Translations under genes and position numbers: made by a program | NCBI GenBank assembly: GCA_041687695.1 | Contig: JAWLBL010000010.1 | Coordinates: forward strand, 1-34,575 | Length of the DNA: 34,575 nt | Direction: 5' to 3' | From: Myxococcota bacterium | Lineage (GTDB): Bacteria > Myxococcota_A > UBA9042 > PHBI01 > JAWLBL01 | The notes under the pieces: generated by a model | What the model saw: only the letters and a program-made list of their open reading frames with translations | Database searches by the model: none | What the model was told of the DNA's origin: nothing | Shown here: positions 1-9,630 of the stretch, one piece after another | Numbering within the stretch: position 1 is the stretch's first letter | Layout: the number at the start of each line of letters is the position of its first letter

Positions 1-2
1 TA

Positions 3-86
3 GGCCGGGGTCAAGGGCTTTGTCGTCCGCGAGGAATTGGCCGACCGCCAGGTCGGCCAAGGGGGACAAAGCCCTTGAGGCCGGCC
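3..86. repeat. Nested inverted repeat (REP/MITE-like hairpin), possibly cut by the window edge
   Basis: TCAAGGGCTTTGTC (11-24) pairs with GACAAAGCCCTTGA (65-78), enclosing an inner TTGGCCGACC-GCCA-GGTCGGCCAA hairpin (37-60). Confidence 0.75.
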
Positions 87-171
87 GAAGCGGAGGCTAA
101 CCAGCCAACGACTCCCGCAACTCCCCTAGCGCCCCTCCGTCTCGCCCCCCGCTCGGCCCGCGCCTCTCCCT

Positions 172-222
172 GGAGTGCCCGCGCTCGCGCGGGCTCGTCG
201 GATCGCGCCGCTCGCGGCGCCC
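172..222. repeat. Dispersed 51-bp double-hairpin repeat, copy 1
   Basis: Matches 12086-12136 with 3 mismatches; contains hairpins GCCCGCGC-TC-GCGCGGGC and GCGCCGC-TC-GCGGCGC. Confidence 0.85.
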
Positions 223-313
223 ACCGTCCGCACCCGCAACACCTCTCGCCTCCATCCACGCGCCCCCCCGCCTCGCCTGGCCACCGCCGCCGCCGCTCGC
301 TAGACTGCCGCCC

Positions 314-2806
314 ATGGCCCTCTTCTTCAGCGACAAGCAGGCGCCCGCGTTGCGGCTCAAACGCGGGGACTACAAGGACTCCGAGGAGCTCCAGCAGCTC
401 TTCCGCGCCCTGAGCGAGGACCCGGCGCTCCAGATCGGCGACCTCCTGTGGGCCCTGTCCGATCCCAAGCCCGAGGTCCGCCGCCTCGCCTCGCAGCTCG
501 TCGTCCACCGGCAGCTGTCCGGCGCCTTCGCGGCCGTCTTCAACGAGGCGACCACCCTCTCGGGCCCGCAGCAGCGCGCGCTCCTCGCCCTGCTCCCCCA
601 GCTCGTCGACGGCGCCGCCCTGGGCCTGCTCGAGCGCGCCATCCAGGAAGGCAAGGGCGAGACCCAGCGCCTCGGCACCGAGGTCCTCTTCCAGCTCCCG
701 CCCCAGCGCGCCTACACCGTCCTGGTCAACCTGGTCCGCTCGACCAACACCGACTTGCGCCTGCGCGCCCTCGGCCGCATCGCCGAGGGCCTCACCGACG
801 GCCAGCCCCTCGACCCGCGCCTGCGCGCCCTCTTCGCCGCCGCCGCCTCCGACGCCGACGAGCGCGTCCGCATCCAGGCCTTCGAGGTCCTCGCCCGCTT
901 CCCCGACGCCCAGTTCGTCGACTTCGTCCTCCAGCGCCTGCGCACCGAGCGCGCCGCCGTCAAAAAGCGCCTCGTCGAGATCCTGGAGCGCAGCGCCCTC
1001 CAGCGCGACCCGCGCGTCCTCGACCGCCTCATCCCGCTCCTCGGCGAGCACGACGCCTTCCTGCGCCTCGCCGGCCTCCGCCTCGCCGCCCGCGCCGGCG
1101 ACCCCGCCCAGGTCGCCGAGCGCCTCGTCGCCTTCTCGCGCTCGGTCACCGGCTGGATGCGCGAGCGCATCCACGACACCGTCGCCCAGCTGGGCGAGGC
1201 CCTGGTCGACCCGCTGCTCGATCTGGCCGGCCGCCCCGACCAGCCCCAGCCGGTCCGCGCCAGCGCCCTCGTCTTCGCCACCCACTCCAAGAGCCCGCGC
1301 CTCGTCGAGCGCTGCGCCGCCCTCCTGAGCGACCCCGACCCCTGGCTGCGCCTCGTCGCCATCGACGTCCTGCGCCGCCTCGGCAACACCCACGCCGTCG
1401 AGCCGCTCCTGCGCTGCGTCCAGCACCCCGAGCTCAAATGGCCCGCCATCTCGGCCCTGACCGCCCTCCGCGCGCCGCAGGTCCTCCCCGCCGTCGCCCC
1501 CCTGCTGACCGAGCCCGCCCCCGAGTCGCGCCTGCAGGCCCTCGAGGTCCTCGGCACCTTCGCCGACCCGCGCACCCTCCCGCTCCTCAAGAAGGTCCAC
1601 GGCGCCGAGCGCGACCCCCGCGTCCGCCAGCAGGCCCTCGCGACCCTCCGCCTCATCGCCGAGCGCAACGGCCAGGGCGACGACCCCGCCCTCGCCGCCA
1701 CCGACGTCGCCGCCTCGACCTCCGACCGCGCCCTCGACGCCCTGCTGGTCGAGGCCCGCCGCCTGGGCGCCTCCGATCTGCACCTCATCCCCGGCGAGCG
1801 CCCGGCCCTGCGCAAGGACGGCGATCTCGCCCGCTGGGGCGACCGCCCCATGGAGCCCGCCCGCGCGCGCGCCATGGTCCTCGAGCTGCTGCGCCCCGAG
1901 CAGCGCGCCGCCCTCGAGCAGCGCCGCCAGCTCGACTTCGGCCACGAGATCCCCGGCGCCGGCCGCTTCCGCGTCTCGGCCTTCGAGCAGCGCGAGGGCT
2001 TGGGCGCCGTGTTCCGCCACATCCCCGAGGAGGTCCCCCGCGCCGACGCCCTGGGCCTGCCCGAGCAGCTGACCGCCCTGACGCACCTGCACCAGGGCCT
2101 CATCCTGGTCACCGGCCCGGCCACCTCCGGCAAGACCACCTCGATGGCCGCCTTCGTCGACCGCTTCAACACCGAGCGCTCGGGCCACATCGTCACCCTC
2201 GAGGACCCCATCGAGTACCAGCACCCGACCCGCGGCTGCCTGGCCACCCAGCGCCAGATCGGCTGGCACACCCCGACCTTCGCCGCCGGCCTGGGCGCCG
2301 CCAGCCGCCAGGACGCCGACCTCGTCATGGTCGGCGATCTCCGCGACACCGAGACGATGCGCGCGGCCCTCAACGCCGTCGACTCGGGCCAGCTCGTCGT
2401 CGCCAGCGTCTCGACCACCAGCGCCACGCGCGCCATCGGCCGCGTCATCGACAGCTTCCCGCCGCGCGAGCAGCCGCAGGTGCGCGCCATGCTCGCCGAC
2501 GCGCTCAAGCTGGTCCTGCACCAGCGCCTCCTCCGCCGCGCCGACGGCCAGGGGCGCGTCGCCTGCTTCGAGGTCCTGGTGGTCACGCCGGCCATCGGCA
2601 ACCTCATCCGCGAGAACAAGATCCCCATGATCCCCTCGGCGATGGCGCTCGGCCGCAACTTCGGCATGCGCCAGCTCGACGAAGCCCTGCTGGCGCTGGT
2701 CGAGGCGCGCACCGTCCCCCCCGAGGAGGCCTACCTGAACGCCCGCGACAAGGAGGCCTTCGCGCCCCTCGTGGGCGCCAGCTTCCTGGAGGCCCAACGT
2801 GTCTGA
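314..2806 (+). CDS. pilT: PilT/PilU-family ATPase fused to an N-terminal HEAT-repeat region
   Basis: About 450 aa of HEAT-like repeats (LSDPKPEVRRLA, SDADERVRIQA, LSDPDPWLRLVA), then a PilT domain: ASDLHL, GRFRVSAF, Walker A GPATSGKT, TLEDPIE, AIGNLIRENK. GC3-rich codons. Confidence 0.9.
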   Translation: MALFFSDKQAPALRLKRGDYKDSEELQQLFRALSEDPALQIGDLLWALSDPKPEVRRLASQLVVHRQLSGAFAAVFNEATTLSGPQQRALLALLPQLVDGAALGLLERAIQEGKGETQRLGTEVLFQLPPQRAYTVLVNLVRSTNTDLRLRALGRIAEGLTDGQPLDPRLRALFAAAASDADERVRIQAFEVLARFPDAQFVDFVLQRLRTERAAVKKRLVEILERSALQRDPRVLDRLIPLLGEHDAFLRLAGLRLAARAGDPAQVAERLVAFSRSVTGWMRERIHDTVAQLGEALVDPLLDLAGRPDQPQPVRASALVFATHSKSPRLVERCAALLSDPDPWLRLVAIDVLRRLGNTHAVEPLLRCVQHPELKWPAISALTALRAPQVLPAVAPLLTEPAPESRLQALEVLGTFADPRTLPLLKKVHGAERDPRVRQQALATLRLIAERNGQGDDPALAATDVAASTSDRALDALLVEARRLGASDLHLIPGERPALRKDGDLARWGDRPMEPARARAMVLELLRPEQRAALEQRRQLDFGHEIPGAGRFRVSAFEQREGLGAVFRHIPEEVPRADALGLPEQLTALTHLHQGLILVTGPATSGKTTSMAAFVDRFNTERSGHIVTLEDPIEYQHPTRGCLATQRQIGWHTPTFAAGLGAASRQDADLVMVGDLRDTETMRAALNAVDSGQLVVASVSTTSATRAIGRVIDSFPPREQPQVRAMLADALKLVLHQRLLRRADGQGRVACFEVLVVTPAIGNLIRENKIPMIPSAMALGRNFGMRQLDEALLALVEARTVPPEEAYLNARDKEAFAPLVGASFLEAQRV

Positions 2807-3983
2807 GCGCCTCGCGACGTCGACCCCGGCCGGCCCCGGCGCCGCCGCCCGCCCCGCCACCAGCCGCCTGCTCGAGCAGCTCCTGCAGATGATGGCCGAC
2901 CGCGGCGCCAGCGACCTCCACCTCAGCGTCGGCCACGTCCCGCGCATGCGCCTGTCGGGCCGCATGGAGCCGATGCCCTACCGGGCGCTGACCGAGGCCG
3001 ACTTCGAGGCCGCCGTCCGCGACGTCACGCCGCCGGCGCAGTGGAAGCGCTTCCAGGACACGGGCGACGCGCTCTACGCCTGGGACAGCCCCACCGTCGC
3101 GCGCTTTCGCGTCAGCCTGTTCCGCCACGAGCGCGGCTCGGCCGCCGTCTTCCGCATCATCTCCAAGAAGGTCCCGGCCCTCGAGCAGCTCGGCCTGCCC
3201 GACGTCGTGCACCGCCTGACGCGCTTCCGCGACGGCCTGGTCCTGGTCACCGGCCCGCGCGGCTCCGGCAAGACCACCACCCTGGCCGCCCTGACCCAAG
3301 AGGTCCGCGAGGCTCGGGCCCTGCACGTCATCTCCCTCGAGCAGCCGACCGAGTTCATCCACCGCAGCCAGACCTCGGTCGTCACCCAGCGCGAGGTCGG
3401 CGTCCACGCCCCGACCTTCTCCGACGCCCTCGCCGCCGCCATGCGCGAGGACCCGGACGTCCTGGTCATCGGCGAGCTGACCGACACCGAGACCATGCGC
3501 GGCGCCCTGGCCGCCGCCGAGATGGGCCTGCTGGTCTTCGCCAGCCTCGACACGGTCAGCGCCAAGAAGGCCATCGAGCGCATCTTCAACCTCTTCCCGC
3601 CCGAGGAGCAGGACGGCGTCCGCGGCATGGTCGCCGACGTGCTGCGTGGCGTCCTCTCCCAGCAGCTCGTGCCCGCCATCGGCGGCGGCCGCGTCGCCGC
3701 GGTCGAGGTCCTCTTCGGCTCGTCGGCCCTGGCCCAGCTGCTGCGCGACCGCAAGACCCAGCAGATCCCGAACCTCATCCAGATGGGCAAGGCCCACGGC
3801 ATGATCGAGATGGACGACGCCCTGCTGCAGCTCCTGCGCGACGACAAGGCCGAGGCCGAGGTCCTCTACCAGCGCGCCGTCGACAAGAAGGAGATGCGCA
3901 AGCGCCTGCGCCGCGAGTTCAACGTCGTCATCGCCGGCCCGGACGACGACGACGACGAGGCCCTCGCCAAGCTCGGCGGCTGA
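2799..3983 (+). CDS. pilT: PilT/PilU-family ATPase paralogue
   Basis: ASDLHL, RFRVSLF, Walker A GPRGSGKTT, QREVG, REDPDVLVIGE. The GTG start overlaps the end of the upstream gene. Confidence 0.9.
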   Translation: MSERLATSTPAGPGAAARPATSRLLEQLLQMMADRGASDLHLSVGHVPRMRLSGRMEPMPYRALTEADFEAAVRDVTPPAQWKRFQDTGDALYAWDSPTVARFRVSLFRHERGSAAVFRIISKKVPALEQLGLPDVVHRLTRFRDGLVLVTGPRGSGKTTTLAALTQEVREARALHVISLEQPTEFIHRSQTSVVTQREVGVHAPTFSDALAAAMREDPDVLVIGELTDTETMRGALAAAEMGLLVFASLDTVSAKKAIERIFNLFPPEEQDGVRGMVADVLRGVLSQQLVPAIGGGRVAAVEVLFGSSALAQLLRDRKTQQIPNLIQMGKAHGMIEMDDALLQLLRDDKAEAEVLYQRAVDKKEMRKRLRREFNVVIAGPDDDDDEALAKLGG

Positions 3984-4229
3984 ACCGCCCGAGAGCGCGC
4001 CGACCCGCTGGCGCCCGCCGCATCCCTGGCGCCGGCTCGACGCGACTCGCCGGCCATGGCGCCCCGAGCGTGGTGCGACGCGCGTTCCCCCGCTGGCTCC
4101 AACCGTGAACTCGCCCCGGAGCCTGACGACCGGACTGCACGAGCTCGCTCGTGCTCAGGCGTAGCGCGGCTCGCCGCGCTGATTGCCAGGCGTGGCGATC
4201 CCGCCCGAGACGCTACGGTCGCCCCGGCC

Positions 4230-6986
4230 TCAGCCCTTGCCGCGCGCCGGCAGCCACACGTGCATCGTCGTGCCGCGCCCGGGCGCCGTGTCCACGTCCA
4301 GGTGTCCCCCGTGCGCCTCGACGATGCCCAGCGCGATGGGCAACCCCAGCCCGACGCCGTGCCGCCCCGGCTGCGCCTGCCAGAAGCGCTCGAACAGGTG
4401 CGGCACGTCCTCGGGCGCGATCCCCGGGCCGTCGTCGGCCACCCACAGGTGCAGCCGATCGCGCTCGATCGCGGCCCCCACGGTGACCTCGCCCTCGGGC
4501 GGCGTGAACTTGATGGCGTTCGACAGCAGGTTCCCCAGCACCTGGTGGATGCGATCGGCGTCGATCTCGACCCTGGGCATGTCCGGCGACACGTCGGACC
4601 GGACGCGGATCGAGCGCTCCGCGGCGGCGGGCCGCGCCGTGCGGACGACCTCGTCGACCAGGAGCCCGACGTCCTGGGGCCGCGGCACCATGTTGAGCTG
4701 ACCGGCCTCGATGGCCGTGACGTCCAGCAGATCCGCGATCATGCGCGTCGCCCGCTCCACCGACCGCCCCAGCCGCGAAGCGATCTCCTTTTCGCCCTCG
4801 CGACCCGGCTGGCGCGAGAGCAGCCGCGCCAGGTACTGCACGTCCAACGCCATCGCGTTGATGGGGTTGCGGAGATCGTGCGAGACCATCGCCATGACGT
4901 CGTCGCGCAGCTGGGCCGCCGCGATCTGGTCCGCATAGAGCCGCGCGTTCTCCATCGCCAGCGCCGTTCGGCCGGCTAGCTCCATCGCGAGCTGCTCGTC
5001 CTGCGCGTCGAACGGGCCCGCCCGCGACCGCCGCAGCAGGGCCAGCGCCCCGACGGTCTGCCCTCGGGCGACCAGCGGCACGACCAGCAGCGCGCACAGA
5101 TCCAGCGAGGCCAGCACACCCCGCTGCTCGTCGTCACACACCTCCTCCTCGCGCACCGCCGCCGGCCTGGTCGCGTCGTCGAGCTGGAACGGCGGGCCCC
5201 CGGCCAGAACGCCGAGGACGCCGAAGTCGCGCCCACGCACCAGCTCACTTCCGATGAGGTGCTCGAGCCCCTCTGGGCAGCGCCCCCCTGCCAGCTTGCA
5301 CGGCCCCGACTCGATGTCGCCGTTCATCAAGAACACCAGCGCGGCCTCGGCGAGCCTGGGGACGACGATGTTCAGCAGGCCCTCGACCACCGACCGCTCG
5401 TCCAACCCGGCCGCCAGCAGCTGCCCGCTGGCGGCCAGGACCTCGGCGGTCGTCTGCGCCCGCTTGCGAACGGTGACGTCGCGGACGAACAGCGCCGTCT
5501 TGCCGACCCCCGTCTCGTCGAAGTAAGTGCCGGTCGAGAACTCGATCGGGATGCGCCGGCCGTCCTTCCGGATGATCTCGACCTCGCCTCGGTATTGCGG
5601 ATTGCGGTCGCGCTCGGCCACGACCCGCCGCGTCGCGGGGTCGTCGAGGTCCAGGATCCCGGCGCGCCCCATGCGGATCAGCTCCTCCTCCGTGTAGCCG
5701 AACAGCTCGCAGGCCGCCGGGTTGGCCGCGAAGATCCGCCCGCCGGGCAGGGTCAGGAACATGGCCTCGAGGCTGTTCTCGAACAGGGTGCGATAGCGCA
5801 GCTCACTGCGCCTCAGGGCCGCCAGGGTCTCGCGCTCGTGGGTCACGTCGCGGGCGAAGACGCTCAACCCGTAGGGGGAGGGGTAGACCTGGAAGGCGAG
5901 CCAGCGATGGCTGATGGGCGACAGGTACTCGAAGGCGACCGGCTCCTGGGTCTCGATCGCCCGGTGGTACGCGTGCCAGGCCTCGGTCTCTACCGTCTCC
6001 GGGAAACGATCCCAGATGCGCTGGCCGAGCAGCTCGTCGCGCCGCAGCCCCATCAGGCGCTCGGCGCTGCGGTTGATGTAGGTGAAGCGGAACTCGCGGT
6101 CGAAGGCCACGAACACGTCGGTGATGCGCTCGAGGGTCTGCTCCAGCTCCTGCTGCGCCCGCTGGAGCGCCTCCTCGTTCTGGCGCCGCTCGGTCGTCTC
6201 GCGCTGGATCGACGCGAAGTGCCGCACGTGCCCGTCCTCGCTCGCGACGGGCGCGATGTTCAGCTCGACGGCGAAGGGCGTGCCGTCCTTGCGATAGTTG
6301 ATCAGCTCCGCGCGCACCTGCTCGCGTCGCTCGATGGCCTCGCCCAGGCGCGCGACCTCGGCGCGGTCGGTGTCGGGCCCCTGCAGAAAGCGTGGACTCT
6401 GACCGAGGACCTCGGCCGACGTATAGCCGGTCACGGCGGTGAAGGCCGGGTTCACGTACTCGATGCGCGGTCCCTCGGCCCGCACGTCCTCGGCGTCCGT
6501 GACGATGACCACGTCCTTGGCCAACTCGACGACCGCCTCGAACAGGGCCCGCTGGCGCTCCGCTGCGACCCGGTCGCTCACGTCCTGGAACAACACGACG
6601 GCCCCGACCAGGCGCCCTTCATCCACGATCGGCGTGCTGACGTACTCGACGTCGAAGAAGCTCCCGTCCTTGCGCCAGAAGACCTCGCCCGTGACCCGTC
6701 GCTCTCGCCCGTCCCTGAACGCCGCGTAGATGGGGCAGCACTCGGCCTCGTACGGCGTCCCGTCGCGGCGCGTGTGGTGGATGACGTCGTGCTGCGGCCG
6801 CCCCAGCAGCTCGTCCGGATCCCACCCCAGCATCCTCGCCGCCGCCGGGTTCACGAACGTCGTCAGCCCCTGCGCGTCGAGGCCGTAGATGCCCTCGCCG
6901 GCGGCCTCGAGGATCAGCTCGCTCAACGAGGCCGCCGCGTGGAGCGCGCCGCCCCGATGGCGTTTGGGTTCCTTCGACTTCGTCAT
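4230..6986 (-). CDS. Cytoplasmic sensor histidine kinase (4 PAS, GAF, HisKA, HATPase)
   Basis: Four PAS repeats (NPAA/NPAF/NRSA/NPAA), GAF (VVPLVARGQTVGAL), H-box SHDLRNP, N-box NLLSNAIKFT, G-boxes DDGPGI and GLGL. Confidence 0.93.
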   Translation of the reverse strand: MTKSKEPKRHRGGALHAAASLSELILEAAGEGIYGLDAQGLTTFVNPAAARMLGWDPDELLGRPQHDVIHHTRRDGTPYEAECCPIYAAFRDGRERRVTGEVFWRKDGSFFDVEYVSTPIVDEGRLVGAVVLFQDVSDRVAAERQRALFEAVVELAKDVVIVTDAEDVRAEGPRIEYVNPAFTAVTGYTSAEVLGQSPRFLQGPDTDRAEVARLGEAIERREQVRAELINYRKDGTPFAVELNIAPVASEDGHVRHFASIQRETTERRQNEEALQRAQQELEQTLERITDVFVAFDREFRFTYINRSAERLMGLRRDELLGQRIWDRFPETVETEAWHAYHRAIETQEPVAFEYLSPISHRWLAFQVYPSPYGLSVFARDVTHERETLAALRRSELRYRTLFENSLEAMFLTLPGGRIFAANPAACELFGYTEEELIRMGRAGILDLDDPATRRVVAERDRNPQYRGEVEIIRKDGRRIPIEFSTGTYFDETGVGKTALFVRDVTVRKRAQTTAEVLAASGQLLAAGLDERSVVEGLLNIVVPRLAEAALVFLMNGDIESGPCKLAGGRCPEGLEHLIGSELVRGRDFGVLGVLAGGPPFQLDDATRPAAVREEEVCDDEQRGVLASLDLCALLVVPLVARGQTVGALALLRRSRAGPFDAQDEQLAMELAGRTALAMENARLYADQIAAAQLRDDVMAMVSHDLRNPINAMALDVQYLARLLSRQPGREGEKEIASRLGRSVERATRMIADLLDVTAIEAGQLNMVPRPQDVGLLVDEVVRTARPAAAERSIRVRSDVSPDMPRVEIDADRIHQVLGNLLSNAIKFTPPEGEVTVGAAIERDRLHLWVADDGPGIAPEDVPHLFERFWQAQPGRHGVGLGLPIALGIVEAHGGHLDVDTAPGRGTTMHVWLPARGKG

Positions 6987-7143
6987 GTGCGTGGCCGCAA
7001 GGTACCACGATCGCAGCGCGACGTCGGCCCCGGCGCATCATTCTCACAGGCGTCTTCCCGATGCTGGAGCGGCCCGCGCGACGCGCCTCCCGCGACGGCC
7101 TGCAGACCGGGACGGCCCCTGTTTCGCCGCACCCCGGACCGGC

Positions 7144-8232
7144 CTACCGCTCGGCGCCCGCCGCCACGACCTCGACGGCCAGCTCGCCCTCGACCCCGGC
7201 CACGCTCAGGGCCAGCGTCCCGCCCCCGGGCGCCACGCCCTCGAGGTACAGCACGCGCGCCCGGGCCAGCGTCGCCTCGTCCTCCTCCGACAGCGTCACG
7301 TCCCCGTCCGGCGCCGCCCACGGCGGCCCTCTCAGCCGCGCCACGTCCCCCACCGTCGCGGCCAGCGCCTCCCCGTCGTCCCCGAACAGCAGCCGCCCGT
7401 CGCTCCCGTAGACCAGCGCCACCACGGTCACCGCCTCGCCGACCTCCAGCGTCAGCGTCCCCAGCTCCTCCCCGGTCCCCGCCCGCTCGGGCACCCACAC
7501 GCCCAGCCGCTCGGCCGCCCCGCTCGGCACGACCGACAGCCCCAGCGCCCCGCCCCCCGCGACCGCGATCACCGTCTCGCCCAGCTCCCCCGCCCTGGCC
7601 CCGACGATCACATCGTCCCGCCGCGGGTCACTCGCTCCCAACGCCACGATCCCCGGCGTCGCCGTCGCCCCGGCCGCCCCATACCCCAGCAACTCCGCCC
7701 CCTCCGCATCTCGCAGCGTCACGACCAACCGCACCTCGCCGTCCTCGAACAGCCCGAACCCGTCCGGCGCCAGCCGCTGCGCCAGCCCGCCCACCGGCAC
7801 CTGCAGCGCGACGTCGAACGGCCACAGCGACAGCTCCGAGACCCGCACCCCCGACGCCGCGATCGCCGCGACCTCCAACGCCACCGCGACCCGCTCCCCC
7901 CGCGCGCTCTCGACCGTCACCTCCGAGGCCCCCTCGGCCCGCGCCTCGACCGTCACGACCTCGCTCACCCCCACCACCGCCAGCACCCCCGGCGCGCTCG
8001 ACTCGGCCGCCCCCGGCGCCACCTCCTCGCCCCCGCGCCTCAGCGCCAGGTCCAGCCGCGCCCCCAGCGCCACCGGCCGCGACAGCCCCCCGTCGTCCCC
8101 CGCGCACCCCTGCGACGCGTCCACGACCCGCAGCGGCTGCGTGGCCCCCTCGTCTCCGCACGCGCCAGCAGCGCTGGTCGCGAAGGGCAGGGCGAGGAGC
8201 GCGCTCAGCAGCAGTCGGAGGCGGCGGTTCAT
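7144..8232 (-). CDS. Secreted probable lipoprotein, beta-rich, function unknown
   Basis: Start reassigned to MNRRLRLLLSALLALPFATSAAGAC (signal peptide with lipobox-like AGAC); Val/Gly/Glu-rich body. Confidence 0.7.
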   Translation of the reverse strand: MNRRLRLLLSALLALPFATSAAGACGDEGATQPLRVVDASQGCAGDDGGLSRPVALGARLDLALRRGGEEVAPGAAESSAPGVLAVVGVSEVVTVEARAEGASEVTVESARGERVAVALEVAAIAASGVRVSELSLWPFDVALQVPVGGLAQRLAPDGFGLFEDGEVRLVVTLRDAEGAELLGYGAAGATATPGIVALGASDPRRDDVIVGARAGELGETVIAVAGGGALGLSVVPSGAAERLGVWVPERAGTGEELGTLTLEVGEAVTVVALVYGSDGRLLFGDDGEALAATVGDVARLRGPPWAAPDGDVTLSEEDEATLARARVLYLEGVAPGGGTLALSVAGVEGELAVEVVAAGAER

Positions 8233-8270
8233 GGCCCCAGCATGCCGCGAACCACCCCAGCGCGCCACCG

Positions 8271-8348
8271 GCCCCCTCCCGGGTCAGCCTTCCCGCCCCC
8301 TCCCGGGTCAGCCTTCCCGCCCCCTCCCGGGTCAGCCTTCCCGCCCCC
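8271..8348. repeat. 24-bp tandem repeat, three full copies plus a partial
   Basis: GCCCCCTCCCGGGTCAGCCTTCCC at 8271, 8295 and 8319, in the intergenic region between divergent genes. Confidence 0.95.
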
Positions 8349-8398
8349 GGCCATCTGAGCTAAGACGGGGACACCCCACCGACCCAAGGAGCGATGCG

Positions 8399-9397
8399 AT
8401 GGACGTGTCGAGACCCCAGCCTGCCCACGCACGCGCCCTCGGCGTCTCGCTGAGCCTGCTCTTCGCGCTCGCCGGGCCCCCGCTCGCCTGCGACGCCCCG
8501 GGGCAGGGGGCCGCGACCTTCCAGCCGACGCCCGACACCGTCGCCCCGACCCCGGACGCCGCGGGCGAGGTCGCGGCCTCACCGGACGCCAGCCAAACTC
8601 ACGACGCCCCAGCGTCCCCCGACCCGACCGCCGACGCGTCACCTCCCGACGCCATCACCGACACCTCGCCCCCCGACGCGACCGCCGACGCTTCACCCCC
8701 CGACGCGACCGCCGACATCGCGCCCCCCGACGCCGCCTGCGTCCCCGACTGCGCCGGCCGCGTCTGCGGCGACGACGGCTGCGGCGGCCACTGCGGCGTC
8801 TGCCCCGACATGACGGCCTGCCAGCAGGGCAAGTGCGCCTCGACCCTGAAGGTCTGCACCCCCGGCTGCGCCACGGTCGCCGACTGCGTACCGGCCGACC
8901 CGCCGCCCGGCTACGGCCCGGCCAACTACGCCTGCGACCAGGGCGTCTGCCGTTACACCGGCTGTCACTCCGACGCCGACTGCGCCAGCGCGACGGCCTC
9001 CGTCTACGGCGTCGCCGTGTGCGAGGACGTGGGGGCGCCCATCTCGGTCTGCCTCAGCGCCTGCGCCGTCCCGGCCGACTGCGCCCTGCAGAGCGGCGCC
9101 GAGGCCTACTCGGCCGACAACTACGCCTGCGACGCCGGCGTCTGCGTCTACCTGGGCTGCCTCTCCGACGCCGAGTGCGCCGAGTCCTTCCTGAGCGACG
9201 ACTACGCTTGCGACGCGACCCAGCCCATCCCCAGCTGCATGCGAAAGTGCTCCGCCGCCGAAGACTGCGCCATCGCGTCCCCGGCCTACGACGGCGACAA
9301 CTGGCAGTGCAAGGCCGGCTTCTGCGTCTACCAGGGCTGCAACACCCAGGCCGAATGCGACGCCATGGCCCCTGGCTTCGTCTGCACGGCCCCGTGA
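8399..9397 (+). CDS. Cys-rich repeat lipoprotein (myxobacterial type)
   Basis: AAGGAG upstream of the ATG; signal peptide ending PLAC; DATADASPP-type linker repeats; CVPDCAGRVCGDDGCGGHCG motif; three C-x-DC...NY/W-C...GxCxYxGC modules. Confidence 0.85.
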   Translation: MDVSRPQPAHARALGVSLSLLFALAGPPLACDAPGQGAATFQPTPDTVAPTPDAAGEVAASPDASQTHDAPASPDPTADASPPDAITDTSPPDATADASPPDATADIAPPDAACVPDCAGRVCGDDGCGGHCGVCPDMTACQQGKCASTLKVCTPGCATVADCVPADPPPGYGPANYACDQGVCRYTGCHSDADCASATASVYGVAVCEDVGAPISVCLSACAVPADCALQSGAEAYSADNYACDAGVCVYLGCLSDAECAESFLSDDYACDATQPIPSCMRKCSAAEDCAIASPAYDGDNWQCKAGFCVYQGCNTQAECDAMAPGFVCTAP

Positions 9398-9630
9398 CGC
9401 ACGCGCGCTCGTGTCTTCCGCCGCCACTCTCGGCGCTCTGGACCGCGCAGCCATGCCGGCGCCTTGCTCCACGAGCGCCCAAACCAAGCCGTCGGCATCT
9501 CACCGGCGCGCCCCGCCCCGGCGCCCCTTCCCGGCCTCAGCCGCCTGGGCTACGCTGCCCTCCGTCCCAGGCGCCACGCCCCGGCCCCGCCGCCCTCACC
9601 CCGCCCCGCGCCGCCGCCAGAGGTCCCCGC

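Noticed and set aside
11..2965. 984-aa minus-strand ORF and similar long shadow ORFs (448-2892, 5259-8363, 28609-29946, 33019-34506)
   Set aside because: Antisense or off-frame shadows of real genes, expected in very GC-rich DNA; Arg/Pro/Ala-biased with no motifs.
3984..4229. Possible terminator or ncRNA between pilT and the kinase
   Set aside because: Only short imperfect GC stems, no better than background at this GC content.
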